Shown piece by piece: positions 18,064-27,400 of a stretch of 64,000 nucleotides of DNA. The stretch comes from a virus, in the IMG/VR virus record IMGVR_UViG_3300006735_000013, positions 95,579 to 159,578 of that record. The stretch is one strand, 5' to 3'. The position numbers were made by a program, and so were the translations under genes. Below the pieces are notes generated by a model. That model did not search any database and was not told the DNA's origin. It saw only the letters and a list, made by a program, of their open reading frames with translations. Within the stretch, counting starts at the first letter, position 1, and each line of letters opens with the position of its first letter.

Positions 18064-18660
18064 TCAACCTGCATACCAAACTCTGCCTTCGGCGTCAAGT
18101 TGCTGGGTCTTGTGTATATCGCCAAGGAAAGCGAAGTCAAAACTATCAAAAATGCTAATATCATGATCCCCTCCGAGGGTCCAATTTTGGTCAGTCTTAG
18201 ACTTGTCTATGGACCCGTGATATAGTGCTATATTAATTATATCCTTATTTGTAGGTTTTACCCAGTTTTCTTCGTCAAATACTGACAGGACATTTAGACA
18301 GAAATTCTTATCTATGTTAGTCTCGCCAGCATTTCTAAGCAGTATAAGGTTAGGATTACTAATCGCCCTAACAATTGGCGATATTGCATCCTGTCTGCTA
18401 TCATTCCTCAAATTGCCGTCATGGTTTCCCAAGATAATATATGTGGGTGCAATAGCCGCCAGATTCACAAAGAATTCGCGACAAAGGTCAACAAATTCTG
18501 GTGAAATTTGAGTTTTAGTGTGGGCGATATCGCCGCAATGAATGATATAGTCTACTTTCTCTTCTTTTATTGATTTGTATAGTTGCTTGAATACTTCTCT
18601 ATATTCAAAGTGATATTTTAGATTCCGGATATGGGTGTCCGCAATATGAGCAAATCTCAT
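18064..18660 (-). CDS. sbcD: Mre11/SbcD (gp47-like) metallophosphoesterase nuclease, truncated at TGA
   Basis: Motifs ADTH, GD, GNHD, HG and GDIH; ends WYAG-TGA. Confidence 0.88.
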   Translation of the reverse strand: MRFAHIADTHIRNLKYHFEYREVFKQLYKSIKEEKVDYIIHCGDIAHTKTQISPEFVDLCREFFVNLAAIAPTYIILGNHDGNLRNDSRQDAISPIVRAISNPNLILLRNAGETNIDKNFCLNVLSVFDEENWVKPTNKDIINIALYHGSIDKSKTDQNWTLGGDHDISIFDSFDFAFLGDIHKTQQLDAEGRVWYAG

Positions 18661-18689
18661 TTATCCTCCGATAATTATGTTCTGGATAT

Positions 18690-18718
18690 AGTATAGCAGT
18701 GATTGCTGAGGGTGTCAA
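18690..18718 (-). promoter_or_regulatory. Sigma70-type promoter for the SbcD-SbcC gene
   Basis: TTGACA-17 nt-TATACT, then GGAGG SD before ATG 18660. Confidence 0.85.
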
Positions 18719-18889
18719 CTAAATTCTTTTTAGTCCTAACTCTTCCAGTTCTACCGGTGAGAGTTTTTCTAGAATGATTTCAAACGCCATCTTTTCTGAT
18801 TCGGTAAGAGCTTCGAGGTCACCTGTTTCTGCAAGGTGGTCCATCTCTTCTTTGATGATTTCTTTTAGTCTTCTTTTTGTAATTTGCAT
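18719..18889 (-). CDS. 56-aa acidic protein with a 'ITKRRLKEIIKEE' N-terminal motif (not in ORF track)
   Basis: MQITKRRLKEIIKEEMDHLAETGDLEALTESEKMAFEIILEKLSPVELEELGLKRI; AGGAG SD; ACTATTTA at 18920. Confidence 0.85.
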   Translation of the reverse strand: MQITKRRLKEIIKEEMDHLAETGDLEALTESEKMAFEIILEKLSPVELEELGLKRI

Positions 18890-18898
18890 TTTAGGCTC

Positions 18899-19816
18899 CT
18901 AAAAATCAAGTTTATAATGTAAATAGTCTAAATCTGTTATAAAGTCTGCATTTTGTTTTCGAGATAAGAACTCAGTTCTCGGCATCTCAGCCAGGTCAGC
19001 ATATGGCTTTACCGGGATGCTCTTACTAGCTATCCCGTATTCTCTGAGCTTCTTTGCTATCCCAAGCTCTTTTACTTTTGCATCTTCGTCTAAAGCAAGG
19101 TACACTTCGCTTTTGTTGCGACAAATTTTTTGAAACAATTTATGGTTCTCTCGCAGGCTAGATCCAAGAATCGGAATACAATTCTTATGTCGTATTGCAT
19201 CAAATGCGCCTTCGACAATTATTATATCATCTTCCCAATCAATATTTATATCATTAAAAACGAGATCTTTGCTTGCTCTTGGGTTTTTGTATTTCATCCA
19301 GTCATCTGTATACGAGCGAGCTACAAAATAATTCAGTTGGCCTTTTCTATTGAAAGACGGTATTATAATACGACCTTCGTATTCGCCAAAATCACAAAAG
19401 CCAATTTTCCACCTGAGAATATCCAAGTCTGTAATGTCTCTGGAATATAAGTACTTCAAAGCTTTCTGCTTTTCACCAGTCTTAGGTCCGGTTAGCGTCT
19501 TGAACTCATCTGGTAGAGAAACTATCTGATCTGGTGAGGTTTCCTGCTCATTGAATATAAATTCGTATTGTGCAAGGTCGATATCCTCTGCCAGGGAGGA
19601 CCACTGAGCATAATAATCTGGTGCATATTTGCTTATAAGATACGATATTTTGTTGCCGGAAAAGCCACAAACCCAGCACTTAAAGGCATTTTTCTCAATA
19701 TTTACAGACAGTTTTAGCTTTTCGTGCTCACACTTTGGGCATCGAAACAGCATCTCGCCGCCGGAAAGCCAATGCCGACCTAGAGCCCTACTAAGAATTT
19801 CCCTCTTCTCTGACAA
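18899..19816 (-). CDS. dnaG: DNA primase (Zn finger plus TOPRIM)
   Basis: CPKC...CWVC Zn finger, 'YLYSRDI', 'GRIIIP', 'KYKNP', TOPRIM 'IIVEGAFD' and 'LALDED'. Confidence 0.9.
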   Translation of the reverse strand: MSEKREILSRALGRHWLSGGEMLFRCPKCEHEKLKLSVNIEKNAFKCWVCGFSGNKISYLISKYAPDYYAQWSSLAEDIDLAQYEFIFNEQETSPDQIVSLPDEFKTLTGPKTGEKQKALKYLYSRDITDLDILRWKIGFCDFGEYEGRIIIPSFNRKGQLNYFVARSYTDDWMKYKNPRASKDLVFNDINIDWEDDIIIVEGAFDAIRHKNCIPILGSSLRENHKLFQKICRNKSEVYLALDEDAKVKELGIAKKLREYGIASKSIPVKPYADLAEMPRTEFLSRKQNADFITDLDYLHYKLDF

Positions 19817-20345
19817 CGCTGTCTCCCGCTAAAGCTACAATAATACTATCGCACATATCTAAAACCCCTGGTTTTGGGTTTCCATGCTTTGTATATTGTA
19901 TCTCAATGCTGGGGTACTTGTCAATAACAAATTCTAAAACTTTTTGCTTTGCGTTATCCCCTCGCTTGATTGACACTCCGGCGCGCTTACGTGCTGAGGT
20001 AGCAGCGATCATTTGTGGTTCTATTTGAAAAATATCTGCACACAACCATGATACTATGCCATTAAATCGCGACAAAGTCGAGAGGGTCTGCGCAGAAGAG
20101 AAGCCTGATCTAAACGAATGCAGTGATTGTTCTATGAATATAGAGTCAAGATGGTGCCGGTCCTGAATATCTTGGAGTTTGTCACGTATGTGGCGCGCCT
20201 TATGGTATATCGATGAAAAGTGCCTCTTGTTTCTGGTGTCCCAGAAAGAAGTTTCCACTATTTTGCCATCCTGCAGCACTGTTGCGCCGGTGATAGATGT
20301 TGATATGTCAAGCCCTAGCGTTACGCATTTCTTTGAGTTTTTCAA
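19791..20345 (-). CDS. ruvC: RuvC-like Holliday junction resolvase
   Basis: 'LGLDISTSITG', 'IFIEQ', 'DMCDSIIVA' RNase H-fold acidic residues. Confidence 0.8.
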   Translation of the reverse strand: MKNSKKCVTLGLDISTSITGATVLQDGKIVETSFWDTRNKRHFSSIYHKARHIRDKLQDIQDRHHLDSIFIEQSLHSFRSGFSSAQTLSTLSRFNGIVSWLCADIFQIEPQMIAATSARKRAGVSIKRGDNAKQKVLEFVIDKYPSIEIQYTKHGNPKPGVLDMCDSIIVALAGDSVVREEGNS

Positions 20346-20958
20346 TATATTTATCCATTACTATTTCTCTAACCTCCTCATCTCCATGATACCAATTCCA
20401 AACAGCAGAGTTCTTTATCTCATTTATCTTTTTCTCTAAAATGCTGTTTCTCTCTTTCATGAGCCCTATTTGCTTTTCGGTGGGCGGAGGTGGCTCAATT
20501 CCAAGCTCTTCTGCTACTTGCACTATACCATAGTAATCATTTTTTTCAAAGCTATCTCTTGCTTTTTCAAATAAAGCCTCTTTGTACTTTCTTTCAAACT
20601 CCGAAGAGGATAGTAGCTTATCTGGGTGTGTTTTGAGTGCTATTTTCCTAAATACTTGTTTTAGATTTTGATCTTTTTCTTCTTTTTCTATCTCGATTCT
20701 CTCTCCGTCATCAGTGGGCGGTTTAATTTCAACAGGAGGGGGTGACGGTTCTTTTTTGTTTTCTTCTTGTTTGTCTTCTTTTTTTTCTTGCTTGTTTTCT
20801 TTCTTTTTTTCTGGAGCAGGAGATGAATCTAATCGCGAACCTAGGGACTCACTAAATTCGGAAAAAGCATTTTGAAACATTGTTTCGGACTCTTCCAGAG
20901 TACTCTTCAGATATTTAGATCGTATAACGAGCAGCCTATATTTGCCCTGAGTGTCCAC
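20308..20958 (-). CDS. J-domain (DnaJ-like) protein
   Basis: 'LKQVFRKIALKTHPDK' helix II plus HPD motif. Confidence 0.8.
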   Translation of the reverse strand: MDTQGKYRLLVIRSKYLKSTLEESETMFQNAFSEFSESLGSRLDSSPAPEKKKENKQEKKEDKQEENKKEPSPPPVEIKPPTDDGERIEIEKEEKDQNLKQVFRKIALKTHPDKLLSSSEFERKYKEALFEKARDSFEKNDYYGIVQVAEELGIEPPPPTEKQIGLMKERNSILEKKINEIKNSAVWNWYHGDEEVREIVMDKYIEKLKEMRNARA

Positions 20959-20967
20959 ATACTTCTC

Positions 20968-22167
20968 CTAAAAATCTATTCTCATCTTTATCATGAAGTC
21001 CCTGTTTGGCGTTTTCTTAATGGGGTTTGCAAGAGTGGCCACTGCAATCAAATTTTTGTTCTCGTCATATATACCAACCTTTGACACATAGGTTGTGCTA
21101 ACATATGGTGCATCGAAGTTTTCAAAATCAGAATTTGTTATATTTGCAATGTTTATACTTGGCTCAATGTATGATCTAGAATTCGAAGTTGATGTGTTGT
21201 TGCTTTTTGAAAGAAAAGTTGGGTTAGACGAGAATGAATAGGCGCCCTTTTCAGCAAAAGTAAACATTGTTAGTGTGGGTATTTTGTTTGTTCCCTTGAA
21301 ATTTATTTCATAACTGGAGGATAGTACACTTTGGCTTGTAACGGAAGTCCCAACAGTTGGCAGGCCGGTGCCAAAATTTATCCAAGTAGGGTCAGTAGAG
21401 CCCACTGACGTAAAGTGATCCTTATATCCTGATCCTTGGGCCCAAGCACCAGTTAGCAGCATCATTCCCTGCTCGTAAATAACATAGCCAGCAGTGGATC
21501 CAGTTAGGGATCCTGTTGTTTCTATTAGTAGACCGTCTTTATTTGTGTCTTTTACTTGTGCCACGAGTGTGCCAGTTACATAGTAGTTTAGCTCAATCGA
21601 CCCAGGGTCAAGCCTTGATCCATAAAATATCCCGGGGACACAAATCATATTTACTTTCTTTGTCCCTAGGTCACTGTAATCAAAAGATTGTATAAACTTG
21701 TCTCTACTATTAATTACGTTCTTTAGTGCTCTAATATATTTCTTGTTATCTGCAGCAATGGTCATAGCACCAACGTCGGCAAAGCCAATACTGCTAAATT
21801 CAACCCCCTCATCAACAAAGATTCTGCTCAAGCCGGCTTTCATTGGATAACTTTGGGTAACCTGTGCTCCAAGAGCGAACTGCGATTGATCGTCAAAGTT
21901 TCTAGTAGATATACTCCTGTTAGCATACCTAGTGGTATCCTTCTCTATAAATGAATAGACTAAGGAGTCGGCTGGTCTGTTTATATTTATCTCGTGAAGG
22001 CTTATCTCGCCATTTGAAATATGCTTTTCTTTATTGGAAAAGTCGCCGTTTTGAAGGATTTCTAAATTTTTATAGACAGAACCGCTGTGCACAGTAAACT
22101 TATAGGCAGGCTTAGCCACCAGGGTACTGTAAATCAAATCCTGCGGGCCAAACCGTTTATAAGACAT
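20968..22167 (-). CDS. Baseplate/tail structural protein
   Basis: C-terminal 'YVSKVGIYDENKNLIAVATLANPIKK'; paralogous to the neighbouring gene. Confidence 0.65.
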   Translation of the reverse strand: MSYKRFGPQDLIYSTLVAKPAYKFTVHSGSVYKNLEILQNGDFSNKEKHISNGEISLHEININRPADSLVYSFIEKDTTRYANRSISTRNFDDQSQFALGAQVTQSYPMKAGLSRIFVDEGVEFSSIGFADVGAMTIAADNKKYIRALKNVINSRDKFIQSFDYSDLGTKKVNMICVPGIFYGSRLDPGSIELNYYVTGTLVAQVKDTNKDGLLIETTGSLTGSTAGYVIYEQGMMLLTGAWAQGSGYKDHFTSVGSTDPTWINFGTGLPTVGTSVTSQSVLSSSYEINFKGTNKIPTLTMFTFAEKGAYSFSSNPTFLSKSNNTSTSNSRSYIEPSINIANITNSDFENFDAPYVSTTYVSKVGIYDENKNLIAVATLANPIKKTPNRDFMIKMRIDF

Positions 22168-22168
22168 T

Positions 22169-23236
22169 TTAGTAGTCCAGTCTGACCCTCAAGGTCAATT
22201 CGTTGGTTGGATCCTTTCTAAGTGGTTCTGATAATTTAGCCACTGCCAGTAACTCATTGTCTGCAGAGTAAAGGCCAACAGTTGTGACATATGATCTAGG
22301 GGGATTCATGTTGTCGTTATTCTTAACTCGGACCGTACTTGAACTTAGGTAAGTTGGATTAGAGCTATAGTTGAATTCATTATGATTTGCTCTACAAAAA
22401 TAAATCGTAGAATTCAACTCTGTAGTGTTATTGAATGATATGTTGTGTATTCTTCTTGTCAGGCCAGTTGCAATCCTAGAAATGGTAGAGCCGGTTGCTA
22501 ACGAGTGGATATCGCCGCGCAAAGAGCCAGTCATCAAGACAGAGCCGGCTGCGGAGCCGGCCGGGCCCTGCATGACTGAGGAAGTTAATACTGCAACGCC
22601 GGCCTGATAATATATGAGGCCCAGCTTCTTTCCACTTTCCTTATCAGAAAGTATACCATATTCACCTGCTGGTGAATTTGTATAATACGTTGTTAGCGAT
22701 CCAGTATCGTTTATTGTAAGTCTAGATGCGTGACCCGATGATGCCGAGTAAGCTGAACCGGTTCCAAGTATCATAGAGAAGCTTCCCTTCTTTATCTCAT
22801 CCTTTACAAGAAGTCTTGAAAAATTTATGAAGAACGCGTCACTATGCTTCGTTCCGGATGACAAATCGCCATCAGCATCAAATTCCCTAACAGATCCGGA
22901 TGCGTTGAATCCTGCCAATATTTGAGCCATCTGGGAATATATATTCAATTTCTTTGTGTGATCTGTATTTGTAGAAGCTGTAGAATAAACTGCATTTGAT
23001 GAATATCCATATGATACATCAAAGATGTGATTAGCTGATGAGCTTAGATGTGGATAGTCATACACCGAATTGAACATTGCATGAGAAAACGTCTTTATGT
23101 TTTCTGTGCTAGCATTATCGGTCGCAGTATAGGTCGAATGAACCATTGACCCAGTTATTGGTATAACTTCGTGAAGCAAAGTTCTAGAAGATGTCCTATC
23201 TGCTTCTGAAAATGCTTTAAAAAATGTATTGGCCAT
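22169..23236 (-). CDS. Baseplate/tail structural protein
   Basis: C-terminal 'FNYSSNPTY...YVTTVGLYSADNELLAVAKLSEPLRKD...LRVRLDY'. Confidence 0.65.
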   Translation of the reverse strand: MANTFFKAFSEADRTSSRTLLHEVIPITGSMVHSTYTATDNASTENIKTFSHAMFNSVYDYPHLSSSANHIFDVSYGYSSNAVYSTASTNTDHTKKLNIYSQMAQILAGFNASGSVREFDADGDLSSGTKHSDAFFINFSRLLVKDEIKKGSFSMILGTGSAYSASSGHASRLTINDTGSLTTYYTNSPAGEYGILSDKESGKKLGLIYYQAGVAVLTSSVMQGPAGSAAGSVLMTGSLRGDIHSLATGSTISRIATGLTRRIHNISFNNTTELNSTIYFCRANHNEFNYSSNPTYLSSSTVRVKNNDNMNPPRSYVTTVGLYSADNELLAVAKLSEPLRKDPTNELTLRVRLDY

Positions 23237-23250
23237 TACTGTCTCCTAAG

Positions 23251-24360
23251 TTATGATTTCTTTACTATTCTGATTGGGATATCTATTGAGTATCCAGTTG
23301 TCACACCGACAATATTTATAAGCGTGTCAATATATTTGTAGCTAGATATTTCAGTACCTGTTTTGATTACAACTGCTGATGTTCCAGTGTTTCCCAGTTC
23401 GTCAAAAAGAGCTGTAGATTGCCTTACAAAGTCTGACGACCTAGGATAAAACCTCAATATCGATCCCAAAGGTCCAGGAAACGCCTCTCCTATTTCCGAA
23501 GGCGTTGATATGCTCTGATTTGAGTCTATAATACCAACGCGGCCAGGCGGTGGCGCGTTACCTTCGCCCGCGGGGCCGCGGCCGCCATTCTTCTCTACAA
23601 GCATCCGCGGATCGCCGGGGCGGCCCTCGACAAAAGTGGTGCCATCGTTCATGGCAACATAGTAGGAAGCTATACCATCATCATCAACAAACTGATTTGG
23701 CTGAGCCCTCGTAGAAGTTGGTATTGCCCCGGGGTTTGGTGCATCATTTACTTGGTGTAATCTCAATAATCTATGATCCATTCTAATCAGAAATGCGGTT
23801 TCCATAAGGTCAGTATCTAGCAAGTGCTTGAATGACTGACCTCCTGCATCCGTGTTTATACCCTGGTCAATAGCTATATGATTTGTAGTATCTCCTGCCA
23901 GACCCGAATTGCTAACACCTCTGAGTATTCCTTGGTTAGCTTGGTCAAAAGGGGTTGCAGTTCCGTTTTGTTCAGTCCTAGTGTCAGCTAGTAATACATA
24001 GCCCGTATTAAAGCTCATCTTTCCGGCTGCGCCGTCGTGTTGTGCAGTGCCGTTGTTTAGTCTATTATTTGGTCTGAGAACCGGCATATATAGAATATTG
24101 TTTCTGCTGATTGTTATTAGCTTACTCTTCATCATAGAGGTATTGTTAGTGAATGCTTCAAGTACTGGAGTCTGCATTATCTCTAAATCATAAAATGCTG
24201 AGCCGCTAGTGTGGGCTCCGTTGAAAGAACCGTAATTTACTTCTTCATCTCCTAGGGCAAATTTTGTAATCTTAAAATTTCCTCTTGCCATTCGTTGCCG
24301 GCCGGCGTCTGTCAATACTGCGTCCAATATTATGTCGCCAGAATTGTCTAAAAATGCCAT
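23251..24360 (-). CDS. Baseplate/tail structural protein
   Basis: N-terminal 'LDAVLTDAGRQRMARGNFKITKFALGDEEVNY', similar to tail-fibre/baseplate attachment domains. Confidence 0.6.
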   Translation of the reverse strand: MAFLDNSGDIILDAVLTDAGRQRMARGNFKITKFALGDEEVNYGSFNGAHTSGSAFYDLEIMQTPVLEAFTNNTSMMKSKLITISRNNILYMPVLRPNNRLNNGTAQHDGAAGKMSFNTGYVLLADTRTEQNGTATPFDQANQGILRGVSNSGLAGDTTNHIAIDQGINTDAGGQSFKHLLDTDLMETAFLIRMDHRLLRLHQVNDAPNPGAIPTSTRAQPNQFVDDDGIASYYVAMNDGTTFVEGRPGDPRMLVEKNGGRGPAGEGNAPPPGRVGIIDSNQSISTPSEIGEAFPGPLGSILRFYPRSSDFVRQSTALFDELGNTGTSAVVIKTGTEISSYKYIDTLINIVGVTTGYSIDIPIRIVKKS

Positions 24361-24430
24361 AAAAGATACTCCTTTTTATATTGAAAATCAATAATAAATA
24401 GTATTTTGGAAACAATAATTCTTTTTTATT

Positions 24431-27400
24431 TTAATAGCCACGGTCACCTCCATTGGGGCCCCTATTCGAGTTTCGATTCGGAGGGCGCGCCGGAACCAAG
24501 GACTCTACTTGCGATGGTGCAGAGGTACTTCTGTTAGGAAAATTTCTATCTTTTGCTGTTTTTTCAATCGGCGTGTCAATTATAACCTTACCTTGAACAA
24601 AAGATATGTTTATGTCTATCTTCTTTCCTGTTGTTTTTGAAGTACACCTAATTTTATATTTTTTGTTCCATATAGAGTCCTTCCCTTCTTTGGTGCCTAA
24701 AGAGAGCATCTCTTCCAATGGGGCAGATCTCTGAAAGTCTTTTTCTGATGTCTCATCTCTCAGACCAAGTTCTTTTCTAATCCTTTTTAGTTCAGAGATC
24801 TCCTCTGCTTCTTCTCTTTCTTTTATTTCTTCTAGTTTCTTTGAAAAATTTATAACGCGCTGGTCAAAACTTGGAGAAATCTTTAACATTTTCTCAAAAG
24901 ACAATTTGTATTCCTTCTTTTTCTTTTTCATTTCATATTCTTCAACTTCCATAAATATTCCATTCTGATAGCTGACCATTCGAACTTTAAAAACCGATGT
25001 TGGATTCGAAAGACCACCATCATCGTATGTCCTGAAACAATAATAATAATACTTGTTAGGCAAAATATCCAAATTTACATGAGCAGTTTTGCCTGTTGCT
25101 GGAACCTGCAAAACAATTGCGTCAGCGTCTGAAAAGTCAGAATATGCTTCCGGTTCAAAATCTATTCTTATTATTTCAAAGCCATTTGGCAATGAATCTG
25201 ATTTGTATAAAATGTTGCCACCTGGTGGAATGGTCTGGCGTCGATACATGTCCCTTACGTAGGTCTCATCTTCCGGGAAGATTTTTACTGGTGGCACAAA
25301 CATCTCTCCATAATTTGATTGCAAAAGCAGCGCGTGTACGTTGTCCATTCCTTGGTACGGCAAAAAATCAACTTGAGGAAAAATAGGGGGTTTATCAGCT
25401 AAAGACACAGTTTTTTCAAAATATGGTGCATAGATGATTGATGGTACCATCCCGGTGACTGCGCCGACGGTAAAGGCGCCGGGGTTTGGGGCCGGCCCTT
25501 GAGCGTTTAGCTCGTTTGTGGCGCGGTTTTTCCAAGAATACCTTGTCACATTTGGTTCGGATGTGTACTGATACACGGAACCTAATACTAGGTTTATTGT
25601 AAAAATCTTATACTTATACTTTCGATCGGGTATAACTTGTGAATCAATAAAATTAATATCTTGGATCTCGTCACTGTCCATCAGGAAAAATTGCTGAATC
25701 TTTCTGTCTATCTCTTGCCCTTGTTCATTTACGTCTACTCGGTACTTCTCAATTTTATATCCTAAGACTTCAGCATAAGCTTTAGATCCATGTATGATAT
25801 CAGTATAGTGCCTATACAGCTGATTTGTAGATATGTGTTGTTCCATTTTTCTTAGAAATATCTGACTTGTTATTGTCTCTTCAAGCTTTAATAAATCTTC
25901 CCTATCCCACCCGCTATAATATAGTGGGTACGTCTGGAGATTCCTGGGCCAGGAAAAATCTCTTTCTGCAATATTTGCGACATTTTCCAATATTTCATCA
26001 AAATATAGTACAACTGGTTCTGTTATATTGGTAACAGCCTTATCATTTATCGTAGCCTGTAAAGACTGCTCAGCGTCTGCAGAAATAAACTCATCGTCCA
26101 GAACCTTTGTAAATTTCCTATATCCGAGTCTGGAGCGTATTACGGCCGGTGCTTGCAAGGGGGCTGCTGCCCTTACAGCTACGGGATTATCCACCTCCAC
26201 CGCTACATTTTCCAGCATCTCTAACAATATCAGATCCATCTTATTCTGCTGAAGGATAGAATTGATTGGTTGCCCTTGTCGAGTTTTTATCGAAATCTCA
26301 ACAAAATTAGTAAGACTTCCTCTGATAACTTCGTTTATCTCTTCTAATTTTTCAACTTTGTCGCTTGGGAATTTATGGATGTTTACACTTGTAAATTCAT
26401 TCACATTAGAAAGTTCGTCAAAGTTTCTTATTGTCCTTTGCGCGAAATCCACTTGGCCGGCCGGGAGAACTTCTGAAATTGCTTCATTTTCGTCTATTAT
26501 TTTTTCTAACTGCTTTGATTGATAAAAATCGTAAACACTGGGTATTTCCATCTCATCTTCTATATCTTGAAAGATTTCTTGACTTTGAACCATTACTGAT
26601 ATATTCGCGACATCTGTAGGCTTAACTATCAGTCTATCTGCCTCTGTTTCTAAAAATGCTGCGGGGGAATCAAAAACAAAATCATAATATTCTGTATTAT
26701 ACGAAATGTTTGGGACAGAATATTGTAACCTCTTGAGAGGGTTCTGCGAAAAAAAGTCAGGACCAATGTGAGCAAAGCCTGGTGAAGATGAACCTTCTAG
26801 AAACATGTCTTGAAACGCATTGTATGTATTGTCTTGGGGCCAATTTGCAGACCTTAGTTCAGTATCTATTACATTTTTTCTAAACTTAAAAGGAAGTATT
26901 TCAAGTGAAAAGTATTTTCCAGAATTATAGGGCAGCTTTCTATAAGAGAAATTATATGCCGGGTCTATTATTTGACTTTGAAACTGTATCGCCCTGTAGG
27001 GGTCCAAGGGGGCCATGAAATCTACGGCCGGCTGTACTTCGGGGATCCTAGGGTTCGTGATCACTGGACTATACATAGATTCTGACTCTCCGTCAAATAT
27101 CCAAAAGTTACCCATAGAAATTCTAAAATTATCCATCTGTGACTGATTTAGTTGAATGGTATTTTTTTGTTGAGACCATATGTAATAGTTGCTCATCTTG
27201 AACATTTCTTCAAAAATTGCTAAGGGAAACCTCATAAAATAGTTATTTTCGTCTATTGTTGTCAGATCTCTTGTTGCTGCAATATAATCAATCATCGCGG
27301 GAGGAACAACTACTTCTTCTGCATTTTCAGCATCTGGTACCTCTTCTTGTTCTTCTGCTTCGTTTGCTCCAAAATCAAAATTTTGACCCGGGGGCGCTAG

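Larger units (their letters stand above)
15523..18660 (-). pseudogene. Fused SbcD-SbcC gene (~1045 codons) interrupted by one in-frame TGA at 18064-18066
   Basis: Reading through gives WYAG*TVQQNFGESLDKGYLLWD, which restores the SbcD YxGSxxQxxFGE motif in the frame of the 831-aa ORF. Confidence 0.75.

Noticed and set aside
18030-18066. Selenocysteine at the SbcD TGA
   Set aside because: The position is Ser in the family and no SECIS-like stem-loop is evident downstream
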